Origin: Minisyncoccota bacterium | GTDB lineage: Bacteria; Patescibacteriota; Minisyncoccia; Phycocordibacterales; UBA9973 | Direction: 5' to 3' | Assembly: GCA_017991915.1 (NCBI GenBank) | Contig: JAGOPQ010000002.1 | Span: 1 to 53,574, forward strand | DNA: 53,574 bases | Shown here: positions 43,563 through 50,400 of the stretch, piece after piece | How positions within the stretch are numbered: the stretch's first letter is position 1 | How the letters are laid out: the number at the start of each line of letters is the position of its first letter | Made by a program: the position numbers and the translations under genes | Notes under the pieces: generated by a model | Databases searched by the model: none | Told to the model about the DNA's origin: nothing | What the model saw: the letters and a program-made list of their open reading frames with translations, nothing else

Positions 43563-44708
43563 TTAATAATACCATTTTTCTAATTTTTTCAAAATTTCAG
43601 ATAGTGCTTTGATTGTGTCATCAATATCTTTTTTAGTTGTTTCTCGGCCTAGTGAAAAACGAAGGGATCCATCTGTATCTTTTAGATTTGGATTGATCGC
43701 CTCTATCACATAAGACGCCTTACCGTCCCCACTCTTACAAGCACTTTTTGCTGAAGCCATAACTCCCCGAGCAGAAAGTTCTATGACGAGTAGGTCGCTG
43801 GGAATTTTCGGAATCGTAATATTTACATTGTTGGGCAATCTATTTTCTAAATCTCCATTGATCACCAAATTAAATTTTTGTAATTTAGAAATAAAATAAT
43901 CTCGCAGTTTAGTTACGCGCGCAACTTCTTTGTTTTTTATTTTCTCGGTTTCAGTCATCACTTGCGCTAGTGCCATAATGCCAGTGACATTTTCCGTGCC
44001 TGGTCTTAGTCCTCCTTCTTGCTCCCCGCCCCACATGATCGGCTTGATTGGTGTGCCACGCTTTACATACAGAGCACCGACTCCCTTCGGGCCATATATC
44101 TTCGCACCATTCCAAGACATCATGTCCACACCCAGACTCTCTACCCTGATCGGTAAATAATTTACAGCCTGTGTGGCATCAGTGTGGAAAAGCGGAAATT
44201 TTACAAGGTTCGACCTTGTAGAGTTTTTTCGGTAGTGGCGTATTTCTTTAGCAATTTCACGAATGGGTTGAATCGTGCCGATTTCATTGTTCGCATACAT
44301 GACACTCACCAGCACAGTATCTGGCCTTATAGCTTTTTTTATTTTCTTTGGATCAACAATTCCATTTTTTTCTACCGGCACAAAAGTAACACTGCCTACG
44401 TGTTTACATGTCTCCAATACAGACGCATGCTCAATGTTAGTAGTAACTATATGCCCTTTGGTCATACCTAAAATCGCCAAGTTGTTGCTCTCAGTGGCAC
44501 CTCCGGTAAATATGATTTCATCGGGCCTAGCATCTAGAATATCCGCAATCGTTCGTCTAGATTGCTCGAGTTTATTTTTTTCAATCACCCCTAGTTCATG
44601 GATGGCACTCGGATTGGCTTCTTCTCCTCTCGCTCCAGAAGCTACATCCAAGTAAATTTTCCTTATTTTGCTTGGCTTTTTATTTTGTTTCTTCGTTGAT
44701 TTCGGCAT
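43563..44708 (-). CDS. Class V aminotransferase / cysteine desulfurase (NifS/IscS-like)
   Basis: The protein has IYLD at the N-terminus, a PLP-Lys context (SWNGAKIYGPKGVGALYV) and an active-site Cys loop (SAKSACKSG). A Lys-rich N-terminal extension is present. Confidence 0.82.
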   Translation of the reverse strand: MPKSTKKQNKKPSKIRKIYLDVASGARGEEANPSAIHELGVIEKNKLEQSRRTIADILDARPDEIIFTGGATESNNLAILGMTKGHIVTTNIEHASVLETCKHVGSVTFVPVEKNGIVDPKKIKKAIRPDTVLVSVMYANNEIGTIQPIREIAKEIRHYRKNSTRSNLVKFPLFHTDATQAVNYLPIRVESLGVDMMSWNGAKIYGPKGVGALYVKRGTPIKPIMWGGEQEGGLRPGTENVTGIMALAQVMTETEKIKNKEVARVTKLRDYFISKLQKFNLVINGDLENRLPNNVNITIPKIPSDLLVIELSARGVMASAKSACKSGDGKASYVIEAINPNLKDTDGSLRFSLGRETTKKDIDDTIKALSEILKKLEKWYY

Positions 44709-44714
44709 AAAAAT

Positions 44715-44720
44715 AGTATA
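44715..44720 (-). promoter_or_regulatory. -10 box TATACT 6 nt upstream of the desulfurase ATG (leaderless)
   Basis: The minus strand reads caatataTATACTatttttATG. Confidence 0.4.
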
Positions 44721-44732
44721 TATTGAAAGCGT

Positions 44733-45191
44733 ATGAATACAAAGCTCGAACTGGCTTTTTTTATTTTTATAGCAATTGCCATACTGGTAGGCGCTATTTG
44801 GGTATTTATTACAGAAAAGCGTCTAAAAAGATTTTTCCTCGGCAAAGCTGCCAAGGATCTAGAGGAAACTATCACTGCCCTAGAAGACAACATCGTAAAA
44901 TTAAATTCTGCTAAAGAAAAAGCTGAAGCGAATATAATTGAGATCAATAACAAATTAAAGAAAAGTATTCGTGGAGTGGAAACTATCCGATTCAATCCAT
45001 TTCCAGATCAAGGCAGCAATCAATCCTTTGCTATCGGCATGTTAAATGAAGATGGTGACGGTGTCGTGGTTTCTAGTCTATACGCCAGAGAGCGAATGAG
45101 TGTATTTGCAAAACCCGTCAAAGGTGGCAAATCCGAGTACGAACTTTCTGATGAAGAGCGTGATGTTTTGAAAAAAGCCGAGGTCAAGTAG
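44733..45191 (+). CDS. DUF4446-like protein
   Basis: The protein has an N-terminal TM helix, a coiled coil, then IRFNPFPDQGSNQSFAIGMLNEDGDGVVVSSLYARE. Confidence 0.65.
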   Translation: MNTKLELAFFIFIAIAILVGAIWVFITEKRLKRFFLGKAAKDLEETITALEDNIVKLNSAKEKAEANIIEINNKLKKSIRGVETIRFNPFPDQGSNQSFAIGMLNEDGDGVVVSSLYARERMSVFAKPVKGGKSEYELSDEERDVLKKAEVK

Positions 45192-45207
45192 TTTGGAAGT
45201 AAAAGTT

Positions 45208-46722
45208 ATGCATAAAGAAAAAACTGAAAAATTAAAAATAGAACGCCCACCCGTCGTGGTAGTCATGGGTCACATTGACCATGGTAAATCTACACTCCTA
45301 GACTATATCAGGAAGACAAATGTGGTGGAGGGTGAAGCAGGTAGTATTACCCAGCATATTTCGGCATATGAAGTTGTACATAAAGATGAAAAAGGAGTAG
45401 AGAAAAAAATTACCTTCCTGGATACTCCAGGACACGAAGCATTTTCCAAAATGCGAGAACGTGGTGCCAACATCGCCGACATCGCCATCTTGGTAGTTTC
45501 GGCTGAAGACGGCGTAAAACCACAAACAATTGAAGCTTACAAAACCATCCTGGCCAGCGAACTGCCATATCTAGTGGCTATAAACAAGATAGATAAGCCA
45601 GGCGCAAACATAGAAAACACCAAAGCAGGGCTAGCCGAGAACGAAATATATTTGGAAAATTATGGGGGCAAAATTCCCTTCGCTGAAATTTCAGCCAAGA
45701 CTGGTGCCGGCATAGATGACCTCTTATCCTTGATTTTGATTTTAGCTGAACTTGAAGACTTCAAGGGATCACCTGATGAATGCGCGTCTGGATTGGTGAT
45801 TGAATCTCACTTGGACTCCAAGCGCGGAATCCAAGCCACCCTCGTAATCAAAAACGGCACCTTGAAGAAAGGAATGACCGTGGCGGTAGATGGCGCACTA
45901 TGTTCTACTCGAATCATAGAAAACTTCAAGGGTGAGATGATCGCTGAAGCTACATTCTCCTCCCCTGTCCGACTTGTGGGATTTGATAAGACTCCGACCA
46001 TTGGCGCAGAATTCAAATCTTTTGAGAAAAAGCGAGATGCTGAAGACTACGCAAAAAATTGGCAATTAAATAAAAATCAAAACAAAGACCTCTCTGCCAA
46101 GGTGGCCGAAACAGATAAAAAAATAATTCCTATTATCTTGAAGGCAGATGTTTGGGGATCTATCGAAGCTATTGAGAAAGAAATCGGTAAGATAAAAAGC
46201 GAGAGCGCGGAATTTAGAATCGTCCAAAAAGGCGTGGGTCCTATTTCTGAATCTGATATAAAAAATGTCTCCGATGGTGAGAGTGCGTTGATTGTGGGCT
46301 TCAATGTGAAGGCCGACAAGAGCGCTACGGAGCTCGCTGATCGTAACTCTGTATCTATAGCTTTCTTTGACATCATCTATAAGATGACTGAATGGCTAGC
46401 CGAAGAGATGGAAAAGCGCCGACCAAAAATCGAAACCATAGAGACTACTGGCCGGGCAAAAATAATCAAAACTTTTAGCCGTACCAAGGAACGTCAGATC
46501 ATTGGTGGAAAAGTAGCTGAAGGAACTATCAACCTCCAAGGCGTGGTCAAGATTGTCCGTAGAGATTTTGAAATCGGACGAGCAAAGATCGTAAATCTAG
46601 AAAAAGGCAAAGTAAAAACTAGCTCTGTCATGGAGGGCGATGAATTTGGCATGATGGTTGAATCCAAAATCGAAGTAGCCCCTGGTGATATGATTGAAGC
46701 CTTTGCTGTAACTCAAAAATAA
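45208..46722 (+). CDS. infB: Translation initiation factor IF-2 (short form)
   Basis: The protein has [28 protein letters not shown] and NKIDK, plus the IF-2 C-terminal domains. The ATG at 45208 is preferred over the TTG at 45193. Confidence 0.93.
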   Translation: MHKEKTEKLKIERPPVVVVMGHIDHGKSTLLDYIRKTNVVEGEAGSITQHISAYEVVHKDEKGVEKKITFLDTPGHEAFSKMRERGANIADIAILVVSAEDGVKPQTIEAYKTILASELPYLVAINKIDKPGANIENTKAGLAENEIYLENYGGKIPFAEISAKTGAGIDDLLSLILILAELEDFKGSPDECASGLVIESHLDSKRGIQATLVIKNGTLKKGMTVAVDGALCSTRIIENFKGEMIAEATFSSPVRLVGFDKTPTIGAEFKSFEKKRDAEDYAKNWQLNKNQNKDLSAKVAETDKKIIPIILKADVWGSIEAIEKEIGKIKSESAEFRIVQKGVGPISESDIKNVSDGESALIVGFNVKADKSATELADRNSVSIAFFDIIYKMTEWLAEEMEKRRPKIETIETTGRAKIIKTFSRTKERQIIGGKVAEGTINLQGVVKIVRRDFEIGRAKIVNLEKGKVKTSSVMEGDEFGMMVESKIEVAPGDMIEAFAVTQK

Positions 46723-46724
46723 TA

Positions 46725-47048
46725 ATGTCTCAACGCACTGACAAAGTATCTAGTCTGGTCAAAGAGCTCGCCGCTCAATTTTTGGGACGCGAAAACAACG
46801 GCACCTCATTGATCACAGTGACTTCTGCTGACGTCTCCCCTGACCTAAAACGCGGAACCATATATATGACTGTGCTTCCACTTGATAAAGAGAAGACGGC
46901 TTTAGAGTTTGCGAAACGAAAAAAGGGCGACCTGCGGGAATTCTTAAAAAAGAATATGAATACCAAGGTGGTGCCTTTTATTGAGATAGAGATAGACCAG
47001 GGAGAAAAGAATCGTCAAAAAATTGACGAACTGCTCCGAGAAAGCTAG
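46725..47048 (+). CDS. rbfA: Ribosome-binding factor A
   Basis: The protein has an RbfA KH-like core (VTVTSADVSPDLKRGTIYM) and occupies the conserved infB-rbfA position. Confidence 0.87.
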   Translation: MSQRTDKVSSLVKELAAQFLGRENNGTSLITVTSADVSPDLKRGTIYMTVLPLDKEKTALEFAKRKKGDLREFLKKNMNTKVVPFIEIEIDQGEKNRQKIDELLRES

Positions 47049-47063
47049 GATTATATATTATTA

Positions 47064-47135
47064 GGCCTGGTAGCCAAGTGGTAAGGCATTCCTCTGCAAA
47101 AGGAATATACGGCGGTTCGATTCCGCCCCAGGCCT
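47064..47135 (+). tRNA. tRNA-Cys (anticodon GCA)
   Basis: The acceptor is GGCCTGG/CCAGGCC, the anticodon stem is TTCCT/AGGAA with loop CTGCAAA, and the T-arm is GGCGG-TTCGATT-CCGCC. The discriminator is U. Confidence 0.9.
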
Positions 47136-47174
47136 CAGGGTTATTTGATAAAATAATAGTGATGAACTATAATT

Positions 47175-47256
47175 GCCCGAGTGGCGGAATTGGTATACGC
47201 GCACGACTTAAAATCGTGTCTCGCAAGGGATGTGGGTTCGACCCCCACCTCGGGCA
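47175..47256 (+). tRNA. tRNA-Leu (anticodon TAA), type II
   Basis: The acceptor is GCCCGAG/CTCGGGC, the anticodon stem is CACGA/TCGTG with loop CTTAAAA, and the variable arm is long. Confidence 0.9.
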
Positions 47257-47287
47257 CTTGTTTGTGAAGTAGAAGAATTGTTTGTTT

Positions 47288-47360
47288 GCGCCCATAACTC
47301 AGCTGGTAGAGTAGCTCCCTCTTAAGGAGAATGTCCCAGGTTCGATCCCTGGTGGGCGCA
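47288..47360 (+). tRNA. tRNA-Lys (anticodon CTT)
   Basis: The acceptor is GCGCCCA/TGGGCGC, the anticodon loop is CTCTTAA, and the T-arm is CCAGG-TTCGATC-CCTGG. Confidence 0.9.
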
Positions 47361-47361
47361 C

Positions 47362-47382
47362 AAAAGTACCGATGTACTTTTT
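47362..47382 (+). terminator. AT-rich hairpin plus T-run directly after tRNA-Lys
   Basis: The sequence reads AAAAGTACcgatGTACTTTTt (8-bp perfect stem). Confidence 0.35.
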
Positions 47383-47421
47383 GCGAGCCGCAGGCACGAC
47401 GGTGCCGAGGCGGGGCCGCGC
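47383..47421 (+). other. Isolated GC-rich imperfect hairpin inside the tRNA cluster
   Basis: The sequence is gcgagccgcaGGCACgacgGTGCCgaggcggggccgcgc, flanked by ttttt and aaaaa. The flanking runs are in the wrong order for a terminator on either strand. Confidence 0.35.
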
Positions 47422-47483
47422 AAAAATTCAACAGAATTTTATGTGTGGCCACAAAGCATGGATGTGTGTTAACGTAGAAATAT

Positions 47484-47565
47484 GGGCAAGTGGCGGAATT
47501 GGTATACGCGTTAGTCTTAGGAACTAATGTCGCAAGACTTGAGGGTTCGAGTCCCTCCTTGCCCA
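47484..47565 (+). tRNA. tRNA-Leu (anticodon TAG), type II
   Basis: The acceptor is GGGCAAG/CTTGCCC, the anticodon stem is TTAGT/ACTAA with loop CTTAGGA, and the variable arm is long. Confidence 0.9.
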
Positions 47566-47579
47566 CATATTTGAGGTAC

Positions 47580-47608
47580 TTGACTTTTGTGTACGAGTAT
47601 GCTATACT
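47580..47608 (+). promoter_or_regulatory. Consensus promoter TTGACT-17-TATACT with TG extension, 8 nt upstream of the ATG
   Basis: The sequence reads TTGACTtttgtgtacgagtaTGcTATACTattagcatATG. Confidence 0.6.
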
Positions 47609-47616
47609 ATTAGCAT

Positions 47617-48372
47617 ATGAGTAAAACAATAACAACAATTAAATACGGCCTAATTTACACCTTAATTTTATTAGCTATTTTGGTCCTAGGCGCTATTACA
47701 TTTATGGCAAGGGAAGCGAATGCTGATGAAACAGCTACTTACCAAGCCTACAATAGCCAGCCTTGGGTTGAGAATGAAGCCCCACTAAAGAACCCTACTC
47801 CGGTAGTTAATTCCCTTAGTCCAAATTCTGCAAACTTGGGATCTGGTTCTAGAAACGTAACTATCACAGGAAGTGGATTCGTAAATGATTCTGTGGCTCG
47901 ATGGAATGGTTCTGATCGTCCAACGACTTTCATAGATAGCTCTCACCTTTTGATTTCTCTACGAGGTACTGACATGACTGGCTCAGCTGGTAAATACATA
48001 ACAGTGTTTAACCCTGAACCAAAAGGAGGATACTCAAATGCATCTTTCTTTACTATTAATGGATACGTAGCTCCAGCAGGAAGCAAGGCTACTACTACAA
48101 AGAGTTCTACTAGTACTTCTGGTGCATCAAGCAAAAGTTCTACTGGTAACAATTCTGGAAGTGTTCTAGGTGCTGATAACTCAAACAATACTTCAACGAA
48201 CGACAGTTTCAACTCTCTGACTTCAAATGCTTTGTTTGGTGCAGGTACTTTCCTACCTTCTGGTATCATCCAATGGTTACTCTTCGCAATATTTATCCTA
48301 CTTGTAGTGATAATTATCAGAAAGATTTTCTTTGCAGATAGATATCATTCTACTCCACTAAAGCACGCTTAA
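47617..48372 (+). CDS. Surface protein: signal/TM, IPT/TIG-like Ig domain, Ser/Thr-rich stalk, C-terminal hydrophobic anchor
   Basis: The IPT-like segment is PVVNSLSPNSANLGSGSRNVTITGSGF....V.WNG......FIDSSHLLISL. An S/T/N-rich linker follows, and the C-terminus is FLPSGIIQWLLFAIFILLVVIIIRK. Confidence 0.6.
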   Translation: MSKTITTIKYGLIYTLILLAILVLGAITFMAREANADETATYQAYNSQPWVENEAPLKNPTPVVNSLSPNSANLGSGSRNVTITGSGFVNDSVARWNGSDRPTTFIDSSHLLISLRGTDMTGSAGKYITVFNPEPKGGYSNASFFTINGYVAPAGSKATTTKSSTSTSGASSKSSTGNNSGSVLGADNSNNTSTNDSFNSLTSNALFGAGTFLPSGIIQWLLFAIFILLVVIIIRKIFFADRYHSTPLKHA

Positions 48373-48403
48373 TACCAAGCAAATCAGCTTGAAATAGAAC
48401 GAC

Positions 48404-48431
48404 AAAAGTCAGCCCGAGAGGGTTGACTTTT
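48404..48431 (+). terminator. Intrinsic terminator after the TIG-domain gene
   Basis: The sequence reads aaaaGTCAGCCCgagaGGGTTGACtttt (12-bp stem, one G.U, GAGA loop). Confidence 0.6.
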
Positions 48432-48451
48432 GCGTTATATTGTGATACAAT
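48423..48451 (+). promoter_or_regulatory. Consensus promoter TTGACT-17-TACAAT with TG extension, driving the GC-rich SPFH cassette
   Basis: The sequence reads TTGACTtttgcgttatattgTGaTACAAT. The -35 box lies inside the 3' arm of the preceding terminator. Confidence 0.6.
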
Positions 48452-48454
48452 ATA
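48436..48454. promoter_or_regulatory. Perfect 8-3-8 palindrome overlapping the -10 box (operator candidate)
   Basis: The sequence reads TATATTGT-gat-ACAATATA. Confidence 0.4.
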
Positions 48455-48488
48455 TAAGTACTTTGGTCTTTGAAAATTGGTTGTAAAT

Positions 48489-48559
48489 GAGCGATTTGTT
48501 CGCCGAGTAGCCCTACCCTGCTTAGGAATCCCTAGAGCTTTTGGGCGAACAAATCGTTC
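48489..48559 (+). promoter_or_regulatory. 16-bp inverted repeat closing a 39-nt loop in the ~170-nt leader of the SPFH cassette
   Basis: The arm gagcgatttgttcgcc (48489-48504) pairs with ggcgaacaaatcgttc (48544-48559), with one G.U. A second hairpin, GCGCC-ccc-GGCGC (48600-48612), abuts the SD. Confidence 0.45.
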
Positions 48560-48627
48560 ACACAATTCACTACACGCGCGCCACAAGGCGACGCACTATG
48601 CGCCCCCGGCGCGGAGGAGATACACAA

Positions 48628-49503
48628 ATGCCTACACAAGACAGCACCTGGGACTTGGTCCTGGGGGGTGTCATTACCCTCATCCTGCTCATCTTCAGCA
48701 TCACTGCATTCCCGTCTGGAACGGGATTTCTCAATGAAGTATTCTATCTCTTGTTGATGTGCATCCCCTGGGGATGGCACTTCACAGGGTGGAAAACCAC
48801 CCAGGTGGGTTTCCGCTCTCAAGCTCTTTTGTTTGGAGCAAGGGTGAACTACTTCATGGGAGAAGGCCTTCACTACACGCCATGGCCAGCAGGACGCAAG
48901 GAAGTGGATTGCAGGGAGCAGGTGTTAAAGCTGGATCCAGTCAAAGCTTTCACAAAGGGCCGAGACGGTACTCCAGATGAAGTTGGACCAGAAGTGGAAG
49001 TGCAAGCAACCGTCACCAGAAGAGTGACGAACCTGCATGAATACTTCGACGTCAACGAGAAGGATATCAAGCAGTGGCTTGATGACACTCGCGACGAGGT
49101 CGTGCGCCACAAGGTTTCAGAGAAAACCCTGAGCCAAGCCCTCACTATGGGCTCTACTCTCGCAGTGGAGCTTCATTCAGCTCTGCAGGGGAAGAGTCAT
49201 TGGGGAATCGAAATCACTGGGGCAGCAATACCAGGTATCGCTCCGACTGACGAGAAGATCATGAAGGACCTCGCACTCAAGGAGGGCGAGGAACTCCAGC
49301 GCACTGGACAGCAGATCGAGGTAAAAAACTTTACCGAGATCATGAAGCAACTCATGGACGCTGGGTGCTCTCGTGAACAAGCCTTTGAACAGGCCCAACT
49401 CACGATCAAGAAGGCCACCAAGACGATTGACTCGAAGAGTCTGGTGGTTGATGCCACAACCGCATCCATCTTCGCAGGAATCCTCGGAGGGAAGAAGCCA
49501 TGA
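48628..49503 (+). CDS. SPFH/Band-7 (stomatin/prohibitin/HflK-like) membrane protein on GC-rich island 3
   Basis: GGAGGAG lies 8 nt upstream of the ATG. The protein has two N-terminal TM helices and SPFH-like blocks (FRSQALLFGARV...EGLHYTPWP...VDCREQVLKL....VEVQATVTRRV, WGIEITGAAIPGIAPTDE). Confidence 0.72.
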   Translation: MPTQDSTWDLVLGGVITLILLIFSITAFPSGTGFLNEVFYLLLMCIPWGWHFTGWKTTQVGFRSQALLFGARVNYFMGEGLHYTPWPAGRKEVDCREQVLKLDPVKAFTKGRDGTPDEVGPEVEVQATVTRRVTNLHEYFDVNEKDIKQWLDDTRDEVVRHKVSEKTLSQALTMGSTLAVELHSALQGKSHWGIEITGAAIPGIAPTDEKIMKDLALKEGEELQRTGQQIEVKNFTEIMKQLMDAGCSREQAFEQAQLTIKKATKTIDSKSLVVDATTASIFAGILGGKKP

Positions 49504-49937
49504 ATAAGGCTAGAAACCCTGCGTGGATTGCGGGGTCAATCGTTGGCATGTTGCTGGTCGTGATGGTTCTGGTCTTCGTCTTCACTCGTGGAAGTTCGAA
49601 TTCAACACGAGACGACAAGCAAGACACCGGCGGTCAGTCGGCGGGAACTGCAGCGGACACCGTGTATATGGCGCCGCGATTTCGGACCATGCGGGTGTTT
49701 GACAGCATTCCGCCCGAAGGCATCCGTCTTTATCTCCGACAGGGGTGGCAAGACTTCCCTCTGGGTGGAGCTATCACGATCCAGATGATCAACGAATCGG
49801 GAAGCCCTGTTGGTCCAATTCTGCATGATGAACCAGGTGTCCAACATGACTTTGGATTCCAACCCGACGGACTTTACATCATCCACGCCGACCCACAAGG
49901 GTCACGTAGGGGGGTAAGACTTTACAACCAATGGTAG
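49500..49937 (+). CDS. 145-aa bitopic protein translationally coupled to the SPFH gene, family not recognised
   Basis: The ATGA start overlaps the SPFH stop, and GGAGGG lies 8 nt upstream. The protein has one TM helix (WIAGSIVGMLLVVMVLVFVF), then a domain of about 100 aa with beta-strand-like patterns. Confidence 0.6.
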   Translation: MNKARNPAWIAGSIVGMLLVVMVLVFVFTRGSSNSTRDDKQDTGGQSAGTAADTVYMAPRFRTMRVFDSIPPEGIRLYLRQGWQDFPLGGAITIQMINESGSPVGPILHDEPGVQHDFGFQPDGLYIIHADPQGSRRGVRLYNQW

Positions 49938-49963
49938 TTAAACGATCTGCGCAATAATGCGCA

Positions 49964-49997
49964 AAGGGGGCGGACTCAACATCGAGTCTGCCCCCTT
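49964..49997 (+). terminator. Strong hairpin terminator closing GC island 3
   Basis: The sequence reads AAGGGGGCGGACTCaacatcGAGTCTGCCCCCTTtcacgtttt (14 bp, one G.U). A small GCGCA-ataa-TGCGC hairpin precedes it. Confidence 0.7.
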
Positions 49998-50035
49998 TCA
50001 CGTTTTAATTCCTTTTTACAAACCTTTATCTATCT

Positions 50036-50371
50036 TTATCTTGGAGGGTAAGTGGGATTATAACCATCCAACTCCACTTTTCCAGTTTCCGGCGTTATTC
50101 CATCAACCTTTAGAGTATTTAGAATCAAATTCATGATTGCGAACACTCCCATCATAATAGTAAGACCAATAATTCCCCAAACCATGTGCATCTTGCCAGT
50201 AGTTTTTGCTTCTTCATTGTCCCCATTCGAAATGAATTGGAAAACTCCATACAAGAAGTAAACCAACGCTAGGGCGAAAAGCAAAGTGATGATTGGATTT
50301 ACAATGAGTTTATTTATCTTCATTATAAACGAATCAAGATTTCCACTCGCAGCATACGCAATGTTTATCAT
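50036..50371 (-). CDS. Small two-TM TrbC/VirB2-like pilin-family protein (paralog 5, no signal peptide)
   Basis: The module is PIITLLFALALVYFLYGVFQFISNGDNEEAKTTGKMHMVWGIIGLTIMMGVFAIMNLI. An in-frame stop lies two codons upstream of the ATG. Confidence 0.6.
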   Translation of the reverse strand: MINIAYAASGNLDSFIMKINKLIVNPIITLLFALALVYFLYGVFQFISNGDNEEAKTTGKMHMVWGIIGLTIMMGVFAIMNLILNTLKVDGITPETGKVELDGYNPTYPPR

Positions 50372-50400
50372 AACTTACTATTGATACTTACTGCTTTAGA

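Noticed and set aside
47141-47638. A 165-aa minus-strand ORF spans the tRNA cluster, and a 64-aa plus-strand ORF lies at 47078-47272.
   Set aside because: Both run straight through four hand-folded tRNA genes and are therefore spurious.
48486-48509. A mini-ORF, ATG AGC GAT TTG TTC GCC GAG TAG (MSDLFAE), lies in the SPFH leader and could be a leader peptide.
   Set aside because: It has no SD, is only 7 codons long, and shows no obvious regulatory codon run. It cannot be supported from sequence alone.
48532-49898. Antisense and overlapping ORFs lie in island 3: 48532-48873 (-), 48873-49145 (-), 48925-49110 (-), 49177-49398 (-), 49197-49469 (-), 49406-49627 (-), 49602-49898 (-) and 48759-48980 (+). 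The 320-aa version of the SPFH gene starts at 48541.
   Set aside because: The SPFH similarity and the SD-coupled pair define the coding frames. The 48541 start lies inside the 3' arm of the leader inverted repeat and adds an Arg-rich, non-homologous N-terminus.
48478-49929. A 9-bp inverted repeat, GGTTGTAAA (48478-48486) / TTTACAACC (49921-49929), brackets island 3 and could be terminal inverted repeats. A similar GTTGTAAA lies upstream of island gene 2 (18021-18028, minus sense).
   Set aside because: - The repeat is short and AT-rich, and I estimate it is roughly a few-percent chance event given the search space.
- The right copy lies inside the CDS.
- No equivalent flanks island 1, and no transposase is present.
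- The shared octamer more likely reflects a TGTAAA-type -10 element.
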